Source: Chiloscyllium plagiosum
Taxonomy: Eukaryota
Assembly (NCBI RefSeq): GCF_004010195.1
Contig: NC_057750.1
Coordinates: 10,477,478-10,533,422, forward strand
DNA length: 55,945 bases
Direction: 5' to 3'
Shown here: positions 23,226 through 35,648 of the stretch, piece after piece
How positions within the stretch are numbered: position 1 is the first letter of the stretch
How the letters are laid out: each line of letters starts with the position of its first letter
Notes under the pieces: generated by a model
The model's input: only the letters and a program-made list of their open reading frames with translations
Told to the model about the DNA's origin: nothing
Database searches by the model: none
Position numbers and translations under genes: made by a program

Positions 23226-24639
23226 TTTCAAGGTGCCATGAAGGTGCTACATAAATGCAAGCCCTAATATCTTAAAGCACAACTCACTGAGCACAAGTCA
23301 CTCAATGCAACTTGTCCAATGCAAATCATTTTATTCAAGGAATCCACCATACATCATTCAACAGGGTCAGGTGGGTATAACTGAGCAAATATAAATTATC
23401 CAATATGATGCAACCAGTATAATCAATTCAACTAAACTTACTACAAACTGTCAACCAAACTCACTCTATGAATTCATCCAAACTCATCACAAACATCTCA
23501 CCAAAAACAACTCAAGTACAACTGACTCAACATAATATATTAAACTACATTGACAATAACCCGAGAGTCATATTTTACTGGAGACTCAAGTGGAACAGCT
23601 ATATAGCTTTTCAGAGGCTGGAATTCTGCATCCAGACTCTCAAAGGCCTTTGCATCATCTACAAGGCACAGCTCAGGGATGTGATGGAAAGCTTGTCTGG
23701 ATGGATACAGCTGCAATAACTCAAGAATGCTTGTGCCATCCAGGAGTAACCCACTTGATTGGCAGCACACAATCAACTTAAACATTCATCTGGACAAATT
23801 GCCCAGAGTATTAATGGGATGTGAGTGTTGCTGACTGGACCAGCATTTGTTGCCTAACCGTAGTTGCCCTTGAGAAGGTGGTAGTGAGCTGCCTTCTTGA
23901 ACCATTGCATTGCATTTTCTGTAGGTAATCCCACAGCGCTGTTATGGAGGGAGCTTTTTGATTGTTGTTAGAGCTGCACACTTCCAGACAAGTTTGTAGA
24001 TGGTACAAAGGCTTTGGGGTGTGAGGAGGTGAGTTACTCATTGCAGGATTCCCAGTCTCTGACCTGCTAGTAAATGCATATTCATTCTTTTCCTTTTACT
24101 GTACGGCGTGTGTGCCTACCTATGCTGGCTCCTAAATAAGTGACACTTTGATTTTAAAATCGGGCTTTTGCCCTAAACGTCAACTCTCCTGCTACTCAGA
24201 TGCTGCCTGATCTGTGCTTTTCCAGTGCCACACTTTTCGATTTTGAATTTAAAATGTCTGCTCTTGTATTCAAAGCTCTCAATGCCTTTGTAGTTCTTTA
24301 GCTATTGTGTATTGAAGAAGATGGGGAAGGATCCAATTCTTGTAGTCCATTTGCGGTCAACAATGTAGAAAAGAGTAGCCAAAAGTTTTTGCTTCTAGAG
24401 TTTCTAGCAGCAACTAGGAGTTATATTAAAGTATACAGGATTTCAAAATGATTCAGTTTTGGGATTATTGTCTGAGTCATATGTAAATTGATACTGGGGT
24501 AAATTTAAAAGGTATGAACACATGCTTGAAGACATGATGCAGTAAAGATGGCTTCCATTTGATGGTACACTGGTCCCGGTAATGGGACAAGAAGAAACTG
24601 TATTGTTTGATGGGCTCTACCTGGCTCTACAAGAACACA

Positions 24640-25640
24640 GCATGGTTGCCAAGTCATGAAATGTTAATCAAGCTATGGAATGTTTACCATGCTGTTGAGA
24701 TGGTTGCTAGGGTATGGAAAGTTTACCAGGTTATGACATGCTTACCAGGTTATGGCATGGTAACTCAATGATAGGATATTTACCAAGCAATGGGATAGCA
24801 ACCAAACTATAGAATGATTGCCAAGCCATAGGATGGTTGCTTGCCTATGGTGCGGTTATGACATCATGTGATAATTGCTAGGATATTGATGGCTTGCAGG
24901 CTATGAGATGGTTACCAAGCTACATAGGTACACAAATAGGAAAGGTTTAGAGGGAAATGGGCCAAACACAAGCAAATGGGACTAGTTTAGTTTGGGAAAC
25001 CTGGTCATCATGGTCGTTGTATCGAAGACTATGTTTCTGTGCTGTATGACTCTATGGTATAGTTGCCAGGCTATGGTATGGTTGCTATGGTGTGGATGGT
25101 TACCAGACTGTGGGATGGCTGCTCTGCAGTGGGACGGTTGCCGGGCTGTAGGAGGATTGCTTGGGTCATATTGGTTCCACAGGTCAGCGCAGCATCGAGG
25201 GCCAAAAGGCCTTTACTGCGCTGTAATGTTCTATGTTCGGAATGGTTACCAAGCTATGGGTTAGTTGCCAGAACATGGCATGGTTGCCAGGTTATCAGAT
25301 GATTGCCAGGAAATGGTACCATTACCAAACTATGGTATGCTTACCAAGCTATGGGAATGGTTGCTTGGGTCAGGGATGGTTGCTAAGGTATGGGATGGTT
25401 ACCAAGCTATGGGAATGGTTGCTTGGGTCAGGGATGGTTACTAGGATATGGGATGGTTACCAAGCTATGGGAATGGTTGCTTGGGTCAGGGATGGTTGCT
25501 AAGGTATGAGACGGTTACTAGGGTATGGGATGGTTACCAAGCTATGGGAATGGTTGCTTGGGTCAGGGATGGTTGCTAAGGTATGAGACGGTTACTAGGA
25601 TATGGGATGGTTACCAAGCTATGGGAATGGTTGTTAAGGT
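24640..25640. repeat. 19-20-bp minisatellite with higher-order 58/77-bp units at its 3' end
   Basis: Monomer ~GGTTACCAAGCTATGGGAAT; TTACCAAGCT starts at 25341, 25399, 25457, 25534, 25611. Interrupted by CR1-tail fragments at ~24925-25053 and ~25150-25240. Confidence 0.9.
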
Positions 25641-25799
25641 CCGGGAATATTACTGTGGTCCGCCACCTCACCTCAGCCTGACTCCTGATTGGCCTGTGTT
25701 TCCCGCTTGACGATTGGCTGCCGCCGCCACCGCGGAGCTGTGCGGGTTCTGATTGGCGAGAGCGGTTTTGGTACCCGTCATGCCCCGCGGTCCCACTAC

Positions 25800-25944
25800 T
25801 TCCGGTAGCCTCCCGAGTCATGTCCGGGAGCCGGGCCTTCCCGCGGAGTCTGAGAGAGAGGAGCCTGGGAGGCAGAGACTGAGAGGCCGGAGCCCGGGGG
25901 CCCCGAGCCCAACGTACACACGCTGCCCCACAACAAGCCGCCAG
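25800..25944 (+). other. Candidate non-coding first exon (start approximate)
   Basis: Donor CAG|GTACCG at 25944/25945; alternatives GTGAGC at 25962 and GTAAGG at 26006. Contains a short uORF 25820-25882 (MSGSRAFPRSLRERSLGGRD*). Confidence 0.6.
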
Positions 25945-26028
25945 GTACCGGGGAGAGGGGGGTGAGCGAGAGGCCGTCTGCGAAAGCGGGGACCCCGCGC
26001 CTGGGGTAAGGGAGCGCGGCCTCCGGGG

Positions 26029-26070
26029 GGCGGCGGCGGCAGCAGCAGCAGCAGGAGGAGGAGGAGGAGG
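26029..26070 (+). repeat. Compound trinucleotide repeat (GGC)4(AGC)4(AGG)6
   Basis: Read directly from the sequence. Confidence 0.95.
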
Positions 26071-26182
26071 GGAATCTGCCCCTTTCCTTTGGCTCGGGAG
26101 GATCTGCCCAATCCCCTTTGGACTAAAGGGGGGGGGGAAAGATCCGCCTGATCCCTTTGGACTGGTGGAGGAGGTATGGGGG

Positions 26183-26526
26183 CGGGGTGCGGAATCTGGT
26201 GGCTCAGTGGTCAACGCTGCTGCTTCACAGCGACAGGGTCCCGGGTTCGATTCCAGCTTCAGGCGACTGACTGTGTGGAGTTTGCACGTTCTCCCCGTGT
26301 CTGCGTGGGTTTCCCCTCCGGGTGCTCCGGTTTCCTCCCACAGTCCAAAGATGTGCAGGTCAAAGTGAATTGGCCACGCTAAATCGCGTATAGTGTTCAG
26401 GGCTGTGTAGGTGCATTAGTCAGGGGTAAATGTAGAATAATGGGGCCTGGGTGGGTTACTCTTTGGAGGGTCGGTGTGGACCTGTTGGGCCAAATGACCT
26501 GTTTTCACACTGTGGGGATTCTATGA
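26183..26526 (+). mobile_element. HE1 SINE, CpG-rich copy at the island edge
   Basis: GGTGGCTCAGTGG...CCGGGTTCGATTCC, V-domain, tail ending GGATTCTATGA. Confidence 0.92.
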
Positions 26527-28159
26527 TCTGACCGATCCCTTTGGATGGGGAGATGGGTGAAGGATCTGCCTAATCCCATTGGATTTGGGGGTGTGTGGTC
26601 TGTCGATCGTATTGTATTTGGCGGGGGTTAGTCTGCTCAGTCCTATTGGACTGGAGGAGAAATTTGCTCCTCTTTTTGGATTGGAGGGAAGTATCTGTCC
26701 CCTCTCTTTGGACCAGCGAACATACTTTTCCTTTTCAATGAGAGGATCTGTCTCTTCACCACAACCCCCTCGACTCATTTTAGACATGACAGATCTGAGA
26801 CACTCCTCACCTCCCTTGATTAGATTAGGTGGATAGTCTCAGCCCATATCTGATAAAAGTAATTTATTGGTGCATGCTGCTTTTAGGTTCACTTATTTTA
26901 CAATAAGATCTGTATTGTTGGTATTTGATTCCCAACCTGTCTACTTAAAGGCTAATAACTGGTCTTGACGGAGCTGGGGTTATAGCCTGTTGCTGAATGG
27001 CTACTAGTCATGTGCAGGTGGAGATGCTTGGGAAGGGGGCTCAACAAGCTGTGGGGTCTTGACTGAAGCATAAACCTGGCTGTGCTCATACACTGATGCT
27101 TTGCAGACTCTGGTGTCTTTGCAACCTGTTCGCAGACAGGCTGGCTTGTTGACAGCTGAGCCTGTGTAAATTCACGCTAACAAGCACTTTTCCTGGGACC
27201 GCTTCCAGTTCGCAATGAGTTATATTCCAAAAGGAGGAGGTAGTGATAGCAGGTTTGATGATGGTAGCGTTAAAGGAGATGACTACTGCAATATGCTGAT
27301 GTTAGAGTGGAGTCTGAGCATTAATCTCCAGATTTGATGTGAATTAGCTTCCAAGTATGCTCAACGTCTTGACTTTAAACAGTGAGCATTGAAACTTGAG
27401 TTGTCATTAGCTTTATGTTGTTATCTGAGGAAGATCTCTCACTCAACGACACTTGCTGGTCTTCAGCTGAATTACTCCCACCACTGTTGTTCAGAAGCAA
27501 CTGATGCTTTTGGAGTTGTTATCCCTTGTACTCCAATGTGACTGATAGGAAAGTGGCAAAATATGCTTGCTGCTGTCCATACTAGGAGGTTGCAAGTGAT
27601 TGCTGTTTGCAGAGCTGCTGTTGGCTCATTTGGAGAGGTGGCTAGTGTTAAACTAATAAGGTAGCTCTGCTCTGTGTTGCTTCAACACACAGCCTCCTTA
27701 GGGAGGAGTAAAATGAGGTGATGTTCCAAATAATATTGTTTTGTTTCTTATTAGTTGTGAGGGGCCAGATAAGTCAAATGTGAGTGGGGCCTCACCAAGA
27801 TACCTCTGCACTTCCTGCTTCATGTCAAAAGAGCCCAGGTGAAGGACCACTACCATACAGTGTAGGCTCCCATAGAGACCAGCACATGCATAGGTGGCAG
27901 CGTGAACCCAGGCCTGAGGGAAGAAACTGAACTTTTGGGTATTTAATAATCTGAACAGCAACAGGAATAGAGCAAAGAGTTCCAACACTTTGAGAATGTG
28001 GGATGGCTGGAGGTAGCTAAGGGAGGGGGTGAAACATGCAGGACTGAATGTGTTTGAACTGAGCTGATAGTGAAGGTCTGCGAGATTTTCTGGCTTGTTC
28101 CTTTTTGGGGAATGGGAAGAGGTGGAGAAGGAAGACTCTGAGAAGGTTGAAAAAGTCCT

Positions 28160-28540
28160 CCTTTTGATTGCCTATTGCACAGAGCCTGCAGCATCTTGTA
28201 GTTAACTGTTCAGGTAATTGAACAGTTTCAGATATGGGAAGAAATGTTTTCTCCCCTGGAACCCTGTCTTGGGATAAGAGATTGGCCATTTAGGACTGAG
28301 ATGAGTTGGAGTATTTTAAGTATTTGGTGATGAGTCTTTGGAATTCTCTGTTCTGGAAGCCTCTAGAGGCTTGGTTGTTGAGTATGTTCAAGACAGATTT
28401 CTACATAATCAAGACATCAAGGGATACGTGAGTAGTTCAGGAAAATGGTGTTGAAGTCGATGATCAGCCACAGTCTCATTGAATAGTGAGTGGTTTGGAA
28501 GTGCCAAATAGTCTTCTCCTGTTCCTACTTTATTATGTGT
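28160..28540 (+). mobile_element. Degenerate CR1 3' fragment
   Basis: GGCCATTTAGGACTGAGATGAG...TTTGGAATTCTCT...GATCAGCCA CR1 tail. Confidence 0.75.
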
Positions 28541-29438
28541 TGTTGAGAAAGAGAGCAGGTTCCCTAGGTTGAAGAACGCAGTAGGGGCGAGGAGAGTTTT
28601 TTTTCTCAGGAGATCAATTCTGGAGCTAATGCCTGAGCTGGGATAAAAGCAGAGAATGTGCCAATCCAACTCTGCTGTACTGAGACCTGTGTGTGAGGAC
28701 TGTCAATTGTCCCCACTGGTGAGTGGGAAGGTTCTTAAACCCTTTGAAGGATTTTGAAAGGTGGGGGACCTAAATGTGGAAGGACCATGCTTCCAGAAAG
28801 AACAATACACATTGTGAGATGATCTTTTTGTGAATCTGCATCAGGTTCCACCCTTTCTCTTCATTCTTTGCTCATCTAAGGTGACTGTTGGTGGCAGGTT
28901 CTGGGCTGCTTCCCATTTTGGACTTCCCGTTGTTGGCTCAGTTGGAACTAGATGTGGAGGAAGGCTTTCTGTGACTTGCTTTGATCACTTGAGCATGCTT
29001 CCTCCATCTGCACTTGTGTCAGAGGCCTGTTTGAGATTCTCTAGGTCAAGGGGGATGCTTGGCCTGAAACTGAAGCCTGGAGCCAGGGGTGATGCTTTCG
29101 AGGCTCAGTAGTATTTGTTTGCCTATTGGGCATCGTGGATAGGAACTGCTTTGCATTTTTTGTTATCGTCAGGTACGATGTTGCCAAACATCATAGTGCT
29201 TTGCATTTTGGCGAGTGTTGTTCTGTGCTTCTCTGCACCATCTAAAGGTTCCAAGTTTGATGCATTGGGCTGCTTCAAAAAAGAAAGCTTTTAGACTTAA
29301 TTTGAACTTGAATTTTTAATGTAACTAATTGAACTTATCAAAATATGGAATTTAAATGAAACAGGGTTGATTAAAAGGTCAGGGGAATAAGTGGATCGAA
29401 GTTGTCCCATTGGTTTGGACCCTGTGCGTTACCATTTA

Positions 29439-29740
29439 TACAGAAGAGCCTCAATTATCCGAATATCAGTTATTTGCATATTGGATTATCCGAAGGGGAT
29501 CTGAAGGTCCTGATAGAAACATTACATCAAAGAGCTGTTTCAACCCTGATCGCGTCTTTTGTTTACAGGTATAATGATCAAAACCGAACTCTGCTCACTG
29601 AATCGTAGCCGAGAACAGTCCTGGACTGTCCAGGTACCGTCTCCAAATGACTGACCTCCTGCCCTCTTTCTCTCTCGCCACACTTTCCCTAGAGTTCTAC
29701 ACAGGGGTGAACCCTAAACCCCCCTTCCCCAGAAAATATC
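29439..29740 (+). mobile_element. Tigger/pogo-like (Tc1/mariner) DNA transposon left end
   Basis: TA then CAGAAGAGCCTCAATTATCCGAA, with a repeated ATTATCCGAA subterminal motif; no matching right TIR found. Confidence 0.6.
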
Positions 29741-30129
29741 TACAATCTCGAAGTTAATGCAGAATGAGTGCAGCTCATTACTTCCTGATCTATGGAGCAG
29801 TAAACTCAACTTGAAGCAGCTTAACTTTATCCTTTTAATAATTGGCTTAATGAATTTTGCATCCTCTGCAAAATACACCTTTTTTCTTTTGATACTGATT
29901 CCATTCTAGCAACTCTGAGGCTGAACCAAACTGTTCACAACAGTGTTCTAAATAACCCCAAGATAAGCTTCCAACTGCATAGCTGCACCGCTGCTGAGGC
30001 CGCTTATTTTCACTTCTTGAAAGGCACTCAAATCTGCCTCAGCTGATCAGCAGAAACACCTGTCCATACTTCTGTTAGTCTGGTCCCCTGATGCACTGCT
30101 GACTGATTTCTCCTGTTCTGCCTTTTATA

Positions 30130-30622
30130 CTTGAAAGGGTTCAGAAAAGATTTGCAAGGATGTTGCCATGGCTGGACAGTTTGAGGTATACGGAGAGGCT
30201 GAATAGGTGGGGGCTGTTTTCCCTAGAGTGTCGGAGGGTGAAGGGTGACTTTATAGAAGTTTATAAAATCTTGAGGGACATGGATAGGGTAAATAGACAA
30301 GGTCTTTTCCGTGGGGTGGGGGAGTCCAGATTAGAGGGCATAGGTTTAGGGTGAGAGGGGAAAGATTTAAAAGGGACCTAAGGGGCAACATTTTCTGTGC
30401 ATAGGGTGGTACGTGTATGGAATGAGCTGCCAGAGGAAGTGGTGGAGGCTGGTGTAATTACATAATTTTACAAGGCATCTGGGTGGGTATATGAATAGGA
30501 AGGGTGTAGAGGAATATGGGGCAAGTGCTGGCAAATGGAACTAGATTAATTTAGGATATCTGGTTGGCATAGACAGTTTGACCAAAGGGTATGTTTCCGT
30601 GCTGTGCATGTCTATGACTCTG
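30130..30622 (+). mobile_element. CR1/HER1 LINE 3' fragment
   Basis: RYTERLNRWGLFSLECRRVKGDFIEVYKILR plus tail. Further CR1 tails at ~30660-30830(+) and ~31185-31510(-). Confidence 0.9.
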
Positions 30623-32639
30623 TGTTGTCCAAATCTGCTGCCTGTGCCAGAACGTTCCATTAAAACATCGCCCCTATGGTTCTGGGTAGGCAGGGGAATT
30701 AGGGTTATTGGAGATGGATGGGAAGGTGGAACTTGAACCACTACTAGATCTGAACATGATCTTGTTGAATGACGGAGCATGCTCGAGGGGCCAAGTGAAT
30801 GAGTTCTGCTCCTGTTTCTTGTGTTCGTATGACCTACATTGGGCCTTTGGTAAGCGATGCAACGTCTTTATATTTTCTGTCCTTGTTTGCAAATCCATCC
30901 CCCATTCCTCCCTACCTGTAATCTCATCTAGCACCCATCTTTCCAAGACGTCTTGCATCTTTGATTTCGGCCTTTTTAGATGACCGGTTTTGTTTAATAG
31001 CTCTGTCTTTGGATCCCAAGGCCCTAAATTCAGAAATTCTTCCTTTCTCTAAATTTCCCAACATCTGTACATCTATTTATTCCGTTAAGACATGTCCATC
31101 TCTTTGAGAGACATTGGGTCATTGTCTATGAGCATCTTGCTATATGGTTTGATGTCCGATCGTGAGAAGTGCATAGAAATACATTTAAGAATATCAGAGG
31201 TAGGAGCAGAAGGAGGCCATTCAACCCATGCGGCCATTGTGAGGTCATGGCTGATTTTTTTCTTTCTTTCAGCACCCTCCCCATATCTCTTTGCTAGATT
31301 TCTAGATATTAGAAACAATCTCTGTCGTGACCATACTGAATGACTGATCCTCCACAGCCATCTGAAGTAGAGAATTCCAATGGTTTGCCTTCCGCTAAGT
31401 GATAAAAATTCCTTCTCATTGCACCTACCTCTTATTCTAAGACTGTTTCCCAATCCTAGGACATCCAAGCTGGGGGATGGAGGGGGTGGTAACATCCTTT
31501 CTGCATTGAAAACTGTCTTGATGCTAGATCAGTGCAGTTTGTATGTCTTTCCCAGGATTGATTTGGTCATTAATGTTTTTATCTTCTGAGCTGGGATGGT
31601 TGAAGTTTCAATTGTCACCACCGGACTCGAGTGAGTAATTGAGGGTTTTATTTGGAGTATTGGGGGAATACTACTGTCACTAAGAAGCATGCACGAGGGA
31701 AGCAATGTAAATCCATCCACTTGGTTCTGCAGATCGGATGGATGTTGACGTAGATCAATGAGTTCTCCTGGTCTCTGGCCGACAACATTAGGACCTTAGT
31801 CGCTCATCCCATTGCTGTTCGTGGAATCCTGCTGAGCACTTAATGACTGCCTCTGGAGTCTGACTAACCAGGAATGGGCTTTAATATTTGGTATTGTTCC
31901 CAGAGACAGTGGGCTGGACAAAGGTGGCTTTAGACTCTACCTGCCACATCAAGACATTCCCAGCACTCGTCCCAGGGCCACAAACCAGTTAATTGCTTTG
32001 CTATTTATGAGGATTTCAGTTGAAGGTGATTACCATAAGTGGTGGGTGGGACAGGTGTGAACTTTTTGTACACACACTTGAACTGTGAAAATAAAAACGC
32101 CCCCGCAGTGTAATTATAGATTGGGTCCCTCTAACACAACATTGCAGAGAGTGAGAGAGCATCTGGAGTTCTGTAAGGTGAGGACTGGTGTTAGTTAGAG
32201 GATGTTGCTGATGGGACAGACTTGGAAAAATCATAAGATTATCAGACAAGGAATATAGTATGATTTTCCTCAGTGGTACTAATGTATTAGTCAGATAGTG
32301 ACAACAATTTGCATTTATGTAGCTTCTTTAACAGAATGAACCTGCTCCATAGGTGCGTTATAAAGCAAAATATGCTACCAAGGCTTTCAAATATCTCATT
32401 AAAAGCAGGTACCTGAAACAACAGCTTCAGAGTTCCCGATATTTAATTGGAGGAAATTCCTGCTCCTCCAGCACTGGATCACGGATAAACAGCCTGACAA
32501 TTTAACAACAGCGGAGGAATTGAGCCAGGTAGTGATTGGGTAGAGCTGGCTGCCACCACAGTAAATTAACGGAGTTAAAAAGCTTAATACTTTGGGCCTC
32601 CAGCACAGATTGGCAACAGCCACTTTAATGGAAAGCTTA

Positions 32640-33130
32640 TTATATGATAAATAGTTTGAGGGCCCTCTGAGATGCTATGTGGAAAGGTGAGATTCCTCTC
32701 ACCTTTTTGGTAAGACCTATTGTGAGTGAGCCTGGAGGACCAAAATACAGTGCATGCTACAGCGATATGAGCCTCTGGTTAGATCGCACTTGGAGTCACT
32801 GTGAGCAGTTTTAGATATCACACCTTGCAAGGGATATTGTATATGGCATTGATGGCAGCACAGTGTAGGTTGACCTGGATTCCCAAGTGTTAAATTATAA
32901 ACAGAAATTTATCAAACTACAGTTTGATAGATTTAGAATGCTAAGGGCAGATTTGATTCAAGTTTTCACTTGGTAATTGAGAATGCAAGAGGGATGCTGA
33001 CCTTTCTTTTCTAGGTAATGGGATGTGAAAGTAAGGATGTTTTACAAAAACTGTGCAAGGCACTTGTCTGACTAAAGCTGGAATCCTGTGACCAATTTTG
33101 GGCCCCTTATTTATGGAAAGATGTATATCA
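32640..33130 (+). mobile_element. Degenerate CR1 fragments
   Basis: CTGGTTAGATCGCACTTGGAG...GAGCAGTTTTAG (LVRSHLE..QF motif) and TTTAGAATGCTAAGGGCAGATTTGAT. Confidence 0.6.
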
Positions 33131-34332
33131 AAATAAGGCCAGGCACTTGTGGATGTTATACTTGTTTTGATATGCCAGCAGTGCTCAGTCAGTGGTGTAG
33201 ACAAAACATCTGGGATTTGGTGCTGGGTGTGCAGGTAGTTTGATTTGCTCCCAGCGTGAGTAACTGATCCTGACCATTTCCCTCCGCAAAAGGAATTCCT
33301 CTTTAACCTGTCTGTCCCCTCTAGCTTGTATATGTATCTGCAATCTTTTTGCTTTCTCCGGTCTGTGAACATACCAACAGCTCGGAGTTTGCAGATTTCC
33401 TGTTGAAATCTTGTTTTTGAATCCATGCAGTCAAGCTTCTGTCCATTGCCCAGCATCAACACCACCCAGGCTAAGATCCTAATATGCTGTGTAATTGTTG
33501 ACTGTGGAGTACTTTATCCCTAGTTGTGCCCAGCCTTTGTGGTCTGTGATGTTGTCCTCTTGTCCATACCTATACGTTGGCACTTGGTGATTCAGTTGCT
33601 AACAACTAAGTGTTCAAATGCAGGCATTTCCAGCAATTTCTTCTCTTCCCTTGGCAAGTCAGCTGCTGTGATATCTTCATGCCCAATAGTGGTGACACTT
33701 GCAAAATATTTTATTAGTCACAGAATGTCCTTTGGGATGTCAAGAGGCAATGAACGGTGTTCAACAAATGGATATTTTGCGATGTTTAATTGCCCTTCCA
33801 AACCTCTTACAGTCAGGCATCTGTCATCAAGCCTTTGAGGTCCAGCTTCCTCTGGCTCAATATCTGGTGACATTGGAGGAGCTGAGATGGCTTGATCTTG
33901 GATCGTTAGGAGGTGGCTTGGAAGCTAGGTTTTGGGGGAGGTGGGCTGTTATAAGACCACTGGACGAGTTACTTCGAACATAGGTTGGAATCCTGTCATA
34001 ACAGCTGTAAACTTCTGAAGTGAATTAACAAATCTGGAATTGAAAGTTCATCTTTAGTTTCATGGTCAGCATCACTATTATTGATCATTAATGTCTGATT
34101 TGGTTCATTGATGCCCTTTAGGACTCCAGACCCACAGCAATGGGTTGACTTGTAGTTGCCCACTGAAAAGGCTGTAGTTACTCAGTTCAAACCCAGTTAG
34201 GGAGAGGTTGTACGTGTTATCCCTGTCATTGAAGTCCACATACCATGAAAGGATAAAGAAAAGAATAGGGGGGTAATTTTTGATCTAATCTACTTTGTAA
34301 ATCTCCTCTGCACCTCCAAAGAAAAACCAGAA

Positions 34333-34861
34333 TGAGATGCAGTCCTCCGTTGGGGACTCAGTGTTGTCATCCCGTTTCCCTGTCTCCGCGTCAGTCGAAG
34401 CAAACACTCAGACGCAGTATCTCCTTCATCTTTATTCTGTGCCTTGGAGGAAGAGACATGAGTTCTCAGTCTTTCGAACAGCAGATTTTTAAGAAATTAT
34501 ATAGTCACTTACAGGGAGCAGCATCCAAATAACACATCGATATTGATTGGGTGACCGTTTCAATCAATGAGCATCCACAGTAAAGATCAATTCATCTGGC
34601 ATTTCATAGTGGATATTTCTCACTTGGTTAACTGGCATTACACAATGGATGTTCCTCATCTTGTTAAACCACTACCCTTGCCTCATTGTTTACTGCAAGT
34701 TCTTATCTGGTCAAAGTCATGCTAGCTGACCCTTTGTCTCGCAACCCAAAACCTAACACTTTTTTTTTCCCTACCTGCAAATTCCTTATACACATTCTCA
34801 GTTAGAACTTTATAAGGGCACAGAATAATGTCCTTGCTTCTCGGCTGGAAGGCTGCATCTA
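34333..34861 (-). mobile_element. Probable solo LTR (~530 bp) in antisense orientation
   Basis: Termini TGAGATGCAG ... CTGCATCTA are near-perfect inverted repeats. On the minus strand CCAAT (~34546), TATA (~34500) and AATAAA (~34431) occur in LTR order. No clean TSD. Confidence 0.55.
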
Positions 34862-35577
34862 GTGCTCAATCTGTCTGTTTATGAAGCACAATATCTGATA
34901 TGTTTTGCTCACCGCTCCCTCGATATGCACTGCTGCCTTCAATAATAGATGCATATGCTCCCCAGCTTCCCCCGTTCCTAGATAAAGGCTTTGTGACCAC
35001 TACTTGCGGCACTGGCGCTGCCTTTGTGTGATCACTGTGTGGTAATTGGAGTTCTGTTCATGAAAGCTACAGCCTGGGTTTTCTGAATGCTGTAAATAGA
35101 TGTAGGAAACACTACAGCTCAAGTATGCAAAGTGAATGATTTTTGTTGAAGAATAGGTATAACCCAGGCCCAGTGGTGAAATTCCCCGGCTCTTCCCTGG
35201 GAATCTTTCATGCTTATCTGGGTGGCAAGTGACTTTGTGTCCCTTTTGAAAGGGACCATTGACACTACAGCTGTCCTGTAGTATTAAACAGAAGTGTCAG
35301 CTGAAAGTGTGTTTGAGTAACTAGACTGGGACATGTGCATGATTTTGATCTTGCAGACGTGTGATGTGGGCAGGCTACTGGGTGCACACAGATGTATGGC
35401 TGCCTTTCATACCACTTTTCCCATACGTTTTGTGACATGGCGATAGCTGTTTACATATGCCGATTGTATCTTCGTGGGGTGAGCTGTTTTGATTACTGGT
35501 AGTCACCTGTAAACCACTGCAAACAAAATGAAGCAAAGAAGCAGCTCTGGACCAAATGAAACTTTGCTGCTTTTCAG

Positions 35578-35648
35578 TATTTTTAGTCTTGTACGTAATT
35601 TAAATATTAGTACAGAAGGATGCTACATGATCACTCTGCACGTTTCAG
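35578..35648 (+). other. Candidate 5'-leader exon (or 3' end of an alternative first exon)
   Basis: Acceptor TGCTGCTTTTCAG| and strong donor CAG|GTAAGA in non-repeat sequence. Confidence 0.5.

Larger units (their letters stand above)
25655..26120 (+). promoter_or_regulatory. CpG island promoter of an unidentified gene
   Basis: Only strongly CpG-dense non-repeat stretch in the window. ATTGG at 25688, 25713, 25752; E2F TTTCCCGC 25699-25706; ETS ACTTCCGG 25798-25805; + strand donor sites follow. Confidence 0.88.

Noticed and set aside
25576..26214. 212-aa minus-strand ORF with poly-P/poly-A tract
   Set aside because: It starts inside an HE1 head and ends in the minisatellite. Stop-poor GC-rich sequence explains the length, and no domain is recognisable.
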